Assembly (NCBI GenBank): GCA_907165135.1 | Contig: OU015569.1 | Span: 9,858,001 to 9,922,000, forward strand | Origin: Oikopleura dioica | Lineage: Eukaryota > Animalia > Chordata | Length of the DNA stretch: 64,000 nucleotides | Direction of reading: 5' to 3' | Shown here: piece after piece, positions 27,082-39,629 of the stretch | Layout of the letters: every line of letters begins with the position of its first letter | Numbering within the stretch: position 1 is the stretch's first letter | Position numbers and translations under genes: made by a program | Notes under the pieces: model-generated | Database searches by the model: none | Seen by the model: the letters and a program-made list of their open reading frames with translations, nothing else | Told to the model about the DNA's origin: nothing

Positions 27082-29692
27082 ATGGATAGTTCGAGTTGGG
27101 CATTTGAGCTTGAAAGGGCGGTTAAAAATGCTGTCGATCAGGCAGACTTGTTGACGCGGACGAGGACACAGGTGACCGAAACGGACACGGCAGTTGAGCA
27201 CGCTCGAGCATTGTTGCAAACCTGGACAGTAAAAGCGCCGGAGGCATATCCTCCAAATAGGAGCTCCGCCACACCAGAAACACCCCGCACAAGAGTAAGC
27301 ATTGAGGAAAAAATATTCTCGACAAAGGGAATTTCAGGCTTTGCTCGAGGATCTGGAATATGCCGGCTTGAGCGCGATTACGGAGGTTGACCCAAAAAGC
27401 ATCAACTCCGCCGGCGATTTCGTTTCCAAATACTTGAAAGAGGAAGAAACTTCTGATCACTTGTCTAATGAGGCAATCAACAACACAGATGCTTTTATCC
27501 AACGGCTGATGACGATCGACCTATCAAAGAACCTTCCTAAAGCAGAGCCAAAAGTCAACTTTCGAGCTGCTCAAAGGAAACGCTAGAGACATTCTTACAG
27601 TAATAACCTCATCAAAAATGAATGAAATTGGTCCAATCAAAGTTAATGAATTATAGAAGGGAGTTTTCTAGCCCTGAACTTGACATTAACATCAGCGTTA
27701 CAGAGAACGGGTCAATCTTATAAATGCCAAGAGAGAGCAGCGCAGAAAAGAAAGTCAAATTAGACTGGCGGCGGAAAGGGCTGCCCGCGAAGAAGAACAT
27801 AAAAAGTACCAAGAAGAGAAAGTTCGACGAGAAAAGTCCAGGCTCAAGGAAGATAAAGCAATCACGTCCGAAATTCTCCGGCTCCGGAAAGAACTCGAGG
27901 GCGAGAAGAAAAGGCGAAACAGCAGTCAGATTTACAATCTATGAAGGAGCTGAAGAAGAAACAAGCTGAGGCCGAAGAAATAAAGAAGCTCCAAGAACTG
28001 CGTCGAAAGCAGATGGAGCAGAAGATGAAGCTCGAAGCTAGAAACAAAATCATCATTCAACAGAAGATAGAGAATCACAAAAGAGAGCGCCTGAATCTTC
28101 TTCGTCGTTATTTCAATTCTTGGTCCTTGATTTTGGTAGAAAGGAGGAAACAGAGCGGCATGGCACAAGCTTGCAGGAACGAGCTAAATAAATTGAAATT
28201 TCTCTTTAGAAGGGATGAAATTATAAGCTTCGTAAAAGAGACTGGCATGTAACGCGCAAAGTTTTCAGCGGCTGGAGACGATGGGCCAAGAAAATCCAAA
28301 ACGACAAGATCATGGCGGAGGAAATCCAAAAAGCAAAGACGCTGCGCCTTTTCGAGTCTCGAGTCACAAAGCAAAAGGATGAAATCCTCATCACAAGGGT
28401 ATTCACAGCGTGGCGTCTGTTTGCGAAGCAAGAATGCGAGCGGCGCAAGCTCCTCGAAGCCGAACAAGAAATGAAAAGCAAAATGGAGAGTTTACTCTCG
28501 AAGCTGAAACAGCGGACACACCCACTAGAAGATATTGAAGATACGCCGGAAGTAACTCCGATCATACCATTCTATCCCGCAGACGGAAGTCAAAAAGCGA
28601 CCCCACATGAGGATTATCCTCAGACGGATCAGTCGACTACAGCTTGTGATACCAAGGCTATGATAAAAAATTTCCAGGACGAATTCAAGCTTCTGAAAGC
28701 TCAGCGGACTCGCGATGATCGTTTACGTAAAAAACAAGAATCTTCTCTCATCTCGGAGAGTAAGCCTGAGACGCCATCGAGCAAGAGAGTGGTCTCGAAG
28801 ACAATCGAGTCGCTGGTGAAGCCTCACAAAAGTGTGTTGAGTATGGAAGAGCGAAAACTCGAACGGGAGAAGCGGAAAAACGAAATCATCGCTTTGAAAA
28901 AGAAGAAAGAAGAAGAACTAGAAGCAAAAAAGCGGGAAGAGCGAAGAATCGCAAACGAACAAGCTCTCCAAGAGAGAAAACGAAAGCGAGAAGAGCTCAT
29001 CGCGCAGAAGCAGGCGAAAGAAAACCAAGAAAAACTGAAGCAAGAAGCCAAACAAAAAGCACAAGAAAATATCAAACGAGCAAACGAACATCACAAAAGA
29101 CTACTGAAAAGAAGGTCACTAAACGCTTTGAAAGTTTGGAGCATCGCGGAGAAAGCGAAAAACACTGAAAAGGTCAAAACTGCGCGACTTGAAAAGCTCC
29201 GGCCTCTTTTAACTCGCTGGAGTGAGTTTGTCCAGCAAAAACTAACAGCGAATCAACGGTTTGTTTTTTCGCTTTCTAGCGTTTCGACTTTGTGATTTAG
29301 AACTGCCGACCATTTCCGCTACCAAAAACTTACTTCAAATATAATCACCCACTGGAAATTAATCAAAGAAATTGAACATTTCCAACAAAACCGCGCCGAT
29401 GCTTTTTACAAGGCGAAACTTCCACGAAAGTGCATCGCTCTCTGGAGTCAAGAAGTCATGAACAATAAAGTTGAATTATGGCGCGGAGAAAAGATCGCTG
29501 TTGCTCATCACAATAAATCGTTACTATCCATTTCAATAAAAATGTGGAGAAAGCTAAAGGTCTTCTTTACTATCTCAGAGCAACTAGATTGTTTACTCAT
29601 TCTTTCAGAAATTCAACGAAGAAGAGAAGAAACGCGAAGACCGGCGCAACAAACTCCGACATTTGGTCAAAGAAGTCATCGAAGATTTCTGA
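27082..29692 (+). CDS. CCDC191: coiled-coil domain-containing protein 191 (apparent 1-nt frameshift near 27910)
   Basis: LLRRYFNSWSLIL, VFTAWRLF, PHKSVLSMEERKLEREKRK..KKKKEEE and the C-terminus KREDRRNKLRHLVKEVIEDF* match remembered CCDC191 segments. Confidence 0.82.
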
Positions 29693-29791
29693 TTTTTATT
29701 TTTGTACTTTCAAAGCTTGATTTTTATTTTTTACTTGTACTGAAATATTGAATTGAATTCCATTTTGATGATTGACGCATTTGATGCTAGA

Positions 29792-32065
29792 ATGGCTGAA
29801 AATGAAGATGGTCTGTGTGACATATCGGAGCTGCAGATTTCGCTTGATTCGCTTCGCCCAGATGAAAACGGTAAATTCTGATGGAAAAAGAGTGGAATTT
29901 AACATTTGCTTCTAGTGGAATCGACTCCTGTAGGCTCACCACGGGAGATCTCGCCAAATGCTAAAGTGGTGCGAACTCTACAGTTCACGGATACGGAGAG
30001 TCTTTCACGTGTCAACTCGATCGAGAGCAAGTTATCGTCAGTGCTCGCCCTAGAGCCGTCATCTCTCAAGCAGCAATTCGATGAGCTCGTCTTTGAAATG
30101 CCAGAAAGCAAGGACTCAGAAACACTCGAGAAACTCGCCCATGCCGAGCATAAGATTATCGAACTGCAGCAACAAATACTCAAACTTGAACAGTCGCTTT
30201 TTCTTGTCAATCAGAACTGTGCCAAGAAAAATCAAGTCTTGAAATCGGCCACGAACATGCTTTCGGCCGCCAAGAGTATATTTCTTGACGAGAATGAGAA
30301 AAACCAATCGAAGATTATTCAGGAATGGATTTAGCATTCAATTTTATGAAGAAAATTATGAATCAAAATCTTAAATCTTAAAAAAGCAAGACAATGGCCT
30401 GAAAGAAATGATGGAGATTCTTACCGAGCTTGAAAACGACTACGCGAGTTTGAAGATCGAAAAAGAAAACCTCGAGTTTAAATTAAATGAAGTAACTGTA
30501 GAAAGACAGCATTTGCAGGAGCAGCATGAAGAAGGGAAAACTGAAAGGGCAAATATTGAAAAGGATAACAAAGACCTTACTCAACAGCTCGACACATTGA
30601 GGAAAGAGTCAACAGAAGAGCGAAGTTCTCTCAATCAGAAAATTGCCAATCTCAAGAAATTGCTCGAATCTGAACGATCAAAAGTCGCCAACTTTGAACG
30701 TTGCAATAAAGAAGCGCAGAAGAAAACGGCGGCGGTGCAGCACCAGTTCGAACTTTTAAAATTTCAAACAGATCAGGTAAAAGTCAATAGATATTATTAA
30801 TGTTGACATTTATACTCACAAGGCGAAGTCAGCGCGAGAGCAACACCTCAAAGCTACGCAAATCGAAAAGGAAAAGATATCCAAAGTCAAAGCGGAATTA
30901 GAAGCGAAAGTCAGAGACTTTGAAAACGAGCTTAAAACAGCTCGCAGCGAAAAATGCGAACTGGATCACTCCCTTGACAAGTGCAAAAAAGAGCTTAAAC
31001 AGAGCAACGAACTGAATGAACAGCTGCAGAATAAAATCAAGGAGGAAAAGGTAGGATGGCTGGAATGAGAAAGTTTTCTTTGCCCCGTGAGGATTTCCGT
31101 AGTGGAATTTCAAAATCTTCTTAAGTCGGCGAAAGGAGCGGAACTCCAGAAGCAGGAAGCGTATCATGCGGCTTTAATTCAAAAACGCCTTGCTGAATCG
31201 ACTGCCCGTCATAGCCAAGCTGAAGAAGCTCTACAAAACGAATTCCATGGTAAAGAACTGCAGCTTAGAGCTGAAATCGATGCGTTACGACGAGCTCACA
31301 TACAGGTACGACCCCGAAAAATCGAATAAACTTCCGCTCTATATATATTTTGATAGGAGCTGGAGGATGTAAAGAAATCGATGCGCGAAGCTGTTAACCA
31401 GCAGATGAAGCAGTTCTTACAGAACCATTACACACAAGGCTGGGCGGGAGTATGAGTTTCTCGGCTGTATAGTTTTTATTTTATATCTTTATTGTCCCCT
31501 TTGGAGGATTCCATAGAATTTATTACTCTAGCCTTAATAAGGGCTAAATGCTATAGGAGTGAGTGACCCCAGGATGAATGACGTTAATATGATGGATATT
31601 TCACCCATGCCTTCGATTCCCCAAATGCAGTCGACTCCCGACATAAGACGGCGTAGTTCCAGTCCTCTCATGCGCCCAGGAAATGTTCCAAGCTTACCAG
31701 ACATGTCTAGGATCGATATTCCTCAAGATGATTCTCCTAAAAGTGCGCTCTCTGAACGTGAACTAATGTTACGTAGCATGCTCCAGGTAACTTTCCAGGA
31801 TCCCCCTAAATAAGCATGATCCAACAATAGCCCGACAAAGGTTGCTCGTTTATTACCACGTCTGAGTCTTATTTTTCAGAAAGTCCTAGCGTCACAAGCG
31901 CCAGAAGAGCACGCGAGAAAGCCCGTCGCAGCAGGAGACATGTTGAAAACGAACTCAAATCCAAACCTAAAGAGCCAACTTCACACGCTTTTACGCTCAG
32001 AGACACTCTCGCAGAAAGAAAGAAAATCTGTTGAGAAGTTTTGTAAAATTCTTGATTCTAAATGA
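29792..32065 (+). CDS. long coiled-coil protein, family not recognised
   Basis: CTAG|A-ATG start; successive heptad-rich ORFs 29906-30334, 30408-30800 and 31087-31329 joined by short GT-AG introns; ends VEKFCKILDSK*. Confidence 0.7.
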
Positions 32066-32082
32066 GTCAACGCCCTTTGTAC

Positions 32083-32462
32083 TGACACCGTTTGTTTTAT
32101 ATTATCCACCCGTTTTTTGAACCCCTCTAGAAAAGGGATGAGGACATCCTGAGATTATTTTAACCCCCCTACGCCACAGAATAGACCTTTACCTCTTATT
32201 TTAGCTGCATTGAGGCACTGTATGATGCCTGTACTCCGAGTCCATAGACTCCCCAAAAGGGTTCAAAATGAGCGAAATCGGGTTTTTCCGGCTTAATGAC
32301 GTCATAAGTCAAAGAACATGTGACAATAACTTTTTCTAAGTACCCCTACGCCACAGATCAGACCCTAAGCTACATGCTGGTACTTTAGGGAACCCTCTGT
32401 GATAACTGTGGTCGGAGAGCATAGACTCCCCAGCTTGGGTTAATTTAAAACAAACGGTGTCA
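32083..32462. mobile_element. MITE-like insertion with 17-bp perfect terminal inverted repeats
   Basis: TGACACCGTTTGTTTTA (32083-32099) and its exact reverse complement (32446-32462), with imperfect pairing continuing inward. No ORF; two diverged 177-bp internal units. TSD not clear. Confidence 0.65.
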
Positions 32463-32575
32463 CTGAAAATCGTCCATTCCTGCCTTCTATTTTTTCAAAA
32501 ACCAAAACTATTTTCTAGCCACCGCGTAAGCATGATTCATTTAGTTTGATAATTGGAATCGGCGAGAAAACTTTC

Positions 32576-35468
32576 AAATGAAATGAGTGAACGAAATCCT
32601 TCCACAACAAGCTTTACAGACTTCAGGGAGAGCAAAGGGCTAGACAACCACAAGGGTCAAAATAATTGCTGGCTCAATGCGACAATCCAACTTTTATGGC
32701 ATCAAGACGGCTTCCGTGAAAGTCTTCATCGACTAAAATCGCGAGGACATTACAAATGCAGACGCGAACAATGTGTTTATTGTCAAATTCAAAGATTACT
32801 GAAAAAATACATCTATGAGTAAGTAAACTTACCAATAAGTAGTAACCTAATTTTATCATTTCTTAGAAACAATCAGTCGATTCCACCAGACGAGCTACGA
32901 GAAGCGTTGACACAAGTTAATCAGAGTTTTGTTGCTGGCGAAATGGGTGATCCGATCGAAGCGTATGAAACTGTTCTCAAAGTTCTCCACGTTCACTTAA
33001 CTGGCGAAGACAACTCGAAATCGCCCTGCGAGAAAGAACACTGTCTTGTTCATCAAAAATTTCATCACAATATCGTTGAGGAACGAACTTGCGATAAATG
33101 CTATGACACCCAGTATCAAATAGAGTCAGAGTTGAGTAAATGGGTCTCTGCTCGTGATGTTATAAATCTTCCGAACTATACCCCCTTCATGAAGTTATTC
33201 AAAAACAGTGGCCCTGGAAACGACTGCTCTCGAAATAATTGCATCGGCAAGTACAATCTTATCAAACGCCTGGAAAATGCTGCCGAAAGTTTTGTTATTT
33301 CTGTTGGATGGGACAGCCAGCGGACACCTCTCAACGATATTACAATATTTATCAACAAGGTTCCTTGCAGAATGAAAATCGACGACCTTTATGATCAAAT
33401 TACTGATGATTCGTCGATTGACTCAGAACTTCTTCTAAATGGAATTGTTTGTTACTATGGAATGCACTACACTGCTTATATTTTTCATACGAAAATGAAG
33501 AAATGGGTTTACCTTGATGATAACAACGTTAACGTTATATCCTCCAGCTGGATTAATGTTATGAATCATATGACGAAGAATTATCAACAGCCCTGTATGC
33601 TTCTTTATAGCAAACTTGACAAGTTCAAGAAGCTCAATCTCGAAAATGCTCTTCGGAAAGAAGAAACTACTTATGATAATGATTTCTCTCCTCAAAAAAT
33701 TGCAGTTGCTGATGATTTCACCAATAGGGCAATGAAAGAAAAAGAAGATCAAGAACTAAAAGACGCTGCATTTGCCAAACAGCTTATGGAAGAAGAAGAA
33801 AAACGGTTAAAAGAATTTGAGATGCAACAAAAACTCGAAGCGGAACGAAAACACCAAGAAGCCATCGAGAGGCAAAGAAGACAGCTAGAAATAGAAAGGC
33901 AAGAAGCCGAAAAACTTCGACTAAAACAAGAAGAAGAGAGGATAAAAAAAATCAGAGAGCAAGAGATAGAACTTAAGAGATATGAGCAAGAGAAAAAACG
34001 AAAAGATGAAGCAGAAAGGCAACGTTTAGCGGAGGAAGAGAGGAAGAGACGACTCGTCGAGGAAGAGAACAAGAGACGACTTGCCGAGGTGGAAAGAAGG
34101 GAGAAAGAGAAAAAAGAGGTAGAAGAAATAATGCGCAGAGCAAAACAAAAGGAGGAGGACGACAAGAGACGACAAGAGGCCGAGGACAGAGATCGGAAGG
34201 AAAAATTGAAGAAAGCAGAGTGGGAACGACTAGAATATCAACGACGATTGGGAGTCGCTGGAAGCTATTCAGGGTCACAAAACCGATGGATAATAATCAT
34301 ATAGAAGGACGATTTACTCGAAGCTACAATCCGAAAAAATATCCTGATGAGTGGAATAATATGATAGATAATGAAAGGAGAAACCAAAAAAATGCCGATC
34401 AACTCAATAATCAACTGTATCCAAATTTTAATGATACTTTACCCCCACGAGTTGACCTTGGAGCTTCACATGTCGTTCGAGCTAGTTCTAGAGCCTCTCC
34501 ACGCCATCATGTTCAGTCTCCAACACACTCCGTATCTTCGAGTTATGATGGTCGAAAAGTAGAAGAAACTCTTCTGAGAGACTCAATGACACAAAGTCAG
34601 AGCAAGACCAAAAAATCTGTCGTAGACCGACCAGGACCGTCTTCCCATCACCAAGAGGAAGATTTGATAGGGTTTGGACTAAATCATCTTCAACACGGTA
34701 ATTTGCGCGTTAATTCAATATTTACAAGATATTTAGCTAATGGTACAGCTTCTCTGGGTCATTCTGCTGGAGTTGTAAGCAATCTAAAAAACAAAGGCAA
34801 AAAATTTATCGACGGCATTTTCAATAATTCCAGGGTATGTTTGATTCATACTCGTGCATGAATACTCTTAATTAGCACACTGATAAGCCATCACTCTTCT
34901 CACGTCGAAATTCAAAGCCAAACTTGGATATTCCATAAAAGGTTAATTGGTGCCTATATTTTACCATTTTCGATAAGCAAAGCACAATTGCTTCTCTTAT
35001 CAATACGTGGCGGTGAAATTAGCTTGCGGTGACGCCAATTTCGTTATTCGGTTTATTTAACACTTCGGAATTTGTATTCTCGACGGGAGAATGCATCCGG
35101 TTGATGCAATTATGTCTAGACTCGCCAGGTTTATCAAATAGCGGTATTATGCCGGTAAGATAACCGCCCATAGTAAGACATGCTCAATTCTTTGATTTGA
35201 TTTGGTGATTATGTGATTATCCTAGTCGAAGCATCTCGAGACATTCCCTGATTATAATCCCGACAGACCCGATGCAGTCAGTAGGAAACCTACAGGGTCG
35301 ATGCAACGTAAACAAATGAGCGGAGTTTTACATTTATCTGAAGGAAAGCACAGAACGAATGGAAACGGATTGAGACCGGCCAGTTCAAACTCTTCAATTG
35401 ACTCGGTAATTATTTACGTCTAAGAAGTTTTGTCATCTATTTTCTTGAAGAGACCTCCATGGAAATAA
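32576..35468 (+). CDS. USP54: USP53/USP54-family deubiquitinase with coiled-coil and low-complexity C-terminus
   Basis: KGLDNHKGQNNCWLNATIQLLW, GEMGDPIEAYETVL, CLVHQKF, GIVCYYGMHYTAY..KKWVYLDDNNV. The 3' end is approximate. Confidence 0.85.
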
Positions 35469-35756
35469 TGAAAATTTTCAAACATATCTGCTCACCAATA
35501 TGCCTTGCTCCTCCTTGTTTTCATTCCAGTACGACAGTTCCGCTTACAAGTTCATTGGTTGATTCTTTCCTATCCCTTTCAATTCATGAAGAAAATAAGT
35601 GCATATTTTCTGATTTCTTATTAATAATATTGCAAATAATTGACTTCACTACTTCTAAAAAATAAATCAAACTTCTGATTAAAATATCTCAAAAGAAATG
35701 TCATTTTTCAGAAAATAGCAAAAGAGAATATCGGACGGGCTTGATCGCGCTTTGGC

Positions 35757-37652
35757 ATGAATTCTGTTCAATCCAACTATCCGCCTGAATATACGGGTTT
35801 CTAATAATTTCATCTTATGAAAAAGAGTACCTCAATAAAAATCCGTTTTTACATGATGCGCTGTCAAATTTCGAGATCGGGCGAAAAATTGGAAAGGGCC
35901 AATTCTCCGAGGTCTATCGAGGTTAGAAACTGTTTAGAGCATTCTTACTTGAATGTGTCAATTTTAGCCTTATCCAAATGCGATGGCCAAAAAGTGGCGC
36001 TGAAAAAAGTTCAGTTGGTAAACATGTTGGACGCAAAATCGAGAGCCGACTGCATAAATGAGATTGACCTTCTCAAGCAACTATCTCATAGGGACAGTTT
36101 TGAAAAATTATCAATAATCTTTCGAATGAGACATTCTTAACTTCATACAGCAATGTTATCCAGTACATTTCGTCATTTATTGAAAATAACGAGCTTATTA
36201 TCGTCCTCGAACTTGCAGATGCTGGAGACTTAGGGCGAATGATAAAGGTCTTTAAGAGACAGGAGAAACTTATCCCAGGTGAAAGGATCCTAGGAAATTG
36301 AGAACATAACCATCGAATACAGAAAAGACTATTTGGAGGTACTTCGCTCAACTCTGCTCAGCGTTGGAGCACATGCATTCCAAGTAAGTCATCCTTTTTT
36401 GTCAAATAGCTCAGATAAGACGTCAGGGAGCAAGTGACAGCTCTAGACATTCAAACTGGAGGGAGAAGTTGAATATTCGTTAAGTTCACCTGAATAATTT
36501 AGGCGAATAATGCATCGAGACATTAAGCCGGCGAACGTATTCATCACGCAGCAAGGACTCGTTAAGCTTGGGGATCTCGGACTTGGACGCTTCTTCAGGA
36601 AGGGCTGTCAGAGCAGATCTACGGGCTCTGACGGCGTTCAAACTTCGACCTGTCAGTTAGAGTAGCGTGGGACTAACCTCGTTCTGGCCATTTTATTGAC
36701 TCGTGCTCATCATGCACGTGAATGTTGTGCACCTTCTTGAGCCGCCGATCGGTGCAAATTACGAAAATGTCAGGCTCGTACGTTTCAAAGTTCATTTTTG
36801 ATATTCTTACTATTAGACTTCTCGCCATACACTTTGAAGGGCGTATTTGAGTGCCACATTCTGAGAATAACAGTGACGTAAATGTAAAAATGCGGCGACC
36901 TTCGACGAAAACGTTTTTGACAGATCATTTAATAAGCCGCCATTAATTTTTTAAACACCTGTCGAGGAGAGAATTTGAATTCCGTCAGCGATGCTCTTAG
37001 AACTGCTTTTTCAGGTCTTAAACAAGCGAATGGTTTGCCCACATTTTTTATCTTTGATCAGCCCAATCTCAGTGCAGCCACGGTGGAGGCGCAGTCCCTC
37101 GTCGGAACTCCCTATTACATGTCGCCCGAGCGAATCAACGAGTCCGGCTATAACTTCAAATCTGACATTTGGTCCTTGGGCTGCCTTCTATACGAACTTG
37201 CCGCGCTTCAGGAAAAGTTCAGCATCAAATTAATTAGTGGCGCCTATTTATATTTGTTTTCTTGTTGTTGAGGCTTTGGAAAGAGTCCCTTCTACGGAGA
37301 GGGGATGAACTTGTACTCGCTATGCAAAAGAATAGGCACTGGATTTTGAAAAATGTCACTTTGACGTCAACGAGAAATCACATGCGACTGGGGATCTTTT
37401 AACTAGGTTAAATACCACCCAAATATATTCTGACGCAAAGGGGGCTTATATTTGAAATCCGAGGTATTAGAAAACTGCGACTACCCGCCTCTACCTGGAA
37501 ATATGTACTCGAAAGAATTAAGGGACCTTATCTCCATGTGTATACAGCCGGATCCGAGAAGAAGGCCCGAAATGTCGGACTTGCGTGAACGATGCGAACA
37601 AATGTGCCGCTTGTTAAGGTTCTGGATAATTCCGGAAATTCCGAAACGATGA
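35757..37652 (+). CDS. NEK7: NIMA-related kinase 6/7
   Basis: [95 protein letters not shown]6 versus NEK7 not distinguishable. Confidence 0.95.
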
Positions 37653-38691
37653 CTTATATTTAGCGACTTATGATTCAGCTAAAAAAAGGAAGTCTTTTCG
37701 CTAAGTTTAAATGTGAATCAGCCTTTTAAGGAATTCTCGAGTCATATAAAGTGAAATAAATATCATCGTATGATATCATCATTACTACTAAAATTTACTA
37801 GCACATTTGTTCAAAAGAATTATCCTCGCAAAGATTGATGCCCAGAATGCTTCCCATTGACCTTGAATCTTTCCCTCCCTCGTCCTTTCCGAACTATCAC
37901 TTCCATGCAAATCACTCCATGAATAATAATTTTAATTTTTGTATCTTCTGATTCTAATTTTATAAATAAAACAACGCGATCCAAACTCTTTGTAACAGTA
38001 TGTCCTTGGGAGTGACTCTTTATGAGGGACAAACTCTTTCGATGTTTCATTGTCGAGACTGGGTAAATATTATATAAGGTAATTGAACGGACCCGATCCG
38101 ACCTCCAGAAAAAGTTCATTTAACCATATCGGTATGCAGTCGTCGCCTTGTTTGCTCAGGGCTATCTTGAGCGCGATTCTCCGAAGCAGGCCTTGCAAAA
38201 ATCTACCTTAAAAACATTGTGTGTACTTAAAGTGATTTATGTACTGTCTGGGATCAAAATACGATCAAGGCCTTCTGAGAACGTTGATCTCAAATTTCAA
38301 AATAATGAAAATCAAGGACTCATTTTCGTATTGTTTCACCCAACTACATTTTTCCAAGAAGCGCCTTACAATGTTTCATCTTGCAGGTTTCAAAAGCAAT
38401 TTGTCAACAAGCAAGAACTAATAGCAATAAAATCTTATGCTCAAAATACGCAATTTTCCGTAGAGGTTCATATTCTTTTCATATAATCATCGGAAAGAAG
38501 ACGAACTTTGTAAAAACCTCGGCGCTGGGCTTACAGCGCGCCGCTCGGCGAACTCATGCCTGGGGTGGCGCTGTGGCGAAACGCTGTTGAGAAATATAAA
38601 ATGAACCAGGAAATGCGTGTAATTGTAAAACAAAAATCCGATTGATCCTTTTGTGAGCCTGTGAGTTAAATTATCCGTGCACAGAGACGAC

Positions 38692-38949
38692 ATGCATTTT
38701 TACCGACTTTCGATGATCTTTCTTCCTATAGCTGTGCTTTGCGGCCCGCTAAGTCTAAAAGCATTTACTCAAGAGCATCCGGCGGGCGATACCGACCGCA
38801 GCTACCTCCTCCACAACTATAAGCACCACCACCCCAAAAGTGGACAGAATCGAACTACATTCGGAAGGGCATCCCTCCAAGACATTAGGAGACAATCCTT
38901 GAGACCTTATCTCGGGAGAAGAAGACGATTCAACGGGCTAAGAAATTAG
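38692..38949 (+). CDS. candidate small secreted prepropeptide
   Basis: Single 85-aa ORF with a signal-peptide-like N-terminus and RR/GR/GRRRR sites. No homolog recognised. Confidence 0.25.
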   Translation: MHFYRLSMIFLPIAVLCGPLSLKAFTQEHPAGDTDRSYLLHNYKHHHPKSGQNRTTFGRASLQDIRRQSLRPYLGRRRRFNGLRN

Positions 38950-39629
38950 AAAACTTCAAACTTATGATTATTTGCAACTTTACCTACTATGCTTACTACC
39001 TCACCGCGGATGTTTTTGTGCAAACGAGTGTTGGACCTGACCTATTTATTAACAGTCCGTACTTAAACCTGCTAACAGCTTATCTGTCAATGTTTATATG
39101 TACATGCTTATCTGTGCGCTTCCCACTACCATTCATCGTAAAAACACTGTAAAATTTGCACTTTTTCACGTTAGGATTTAATAATCACATCTCTGTTGTT
39201 ATCGGCATTAACCGTCTTCTTTTACTTTTGTGTAAGAATTTTACTAGTTATATGTTTATTTTTATAAATAAAATTGTACTTAGTAATGTACAAAAATTGA
39301 AATTGGAATATTCTTTCTAACATCAAATTAATTTTGCAGGAATATTTTGATACCACTTTGATGCTAGGAACATTGATAAAGATGAGAATTGAATTCTAAC
39401 GTTGAGAACGTTCATAGAGAATTGACAAATTAAAAAATGATATGAACTAGATATCAAATATAAAAGAGTGGGTTCTCTATCTTAATAAGTTCTACACATA
39501 ATCTACTCATAAGAATATATCATAAGGAGTTCAACCGTCTGCGGGTCACCACGAAGACTGCTCATAAATATACTGGCCTTTTTGATCGGGCAATGTGTCC
39601 TGATGACTAGGACTTGATGGAATTTATTC

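Noticed and set aside
34220-34304. Overlapping USP54 ORFs in different frames
   Set aside because: Explained either by a 32-nt GG-AG intron or by a missing A; no homology anchor to decide, so not claimed as a frameshift.
37820-38600. Several short ORFs on both strands between NEK7 and the candidate prepropeptide
   Set aside because: Mutually incompatible frames with no motif support.
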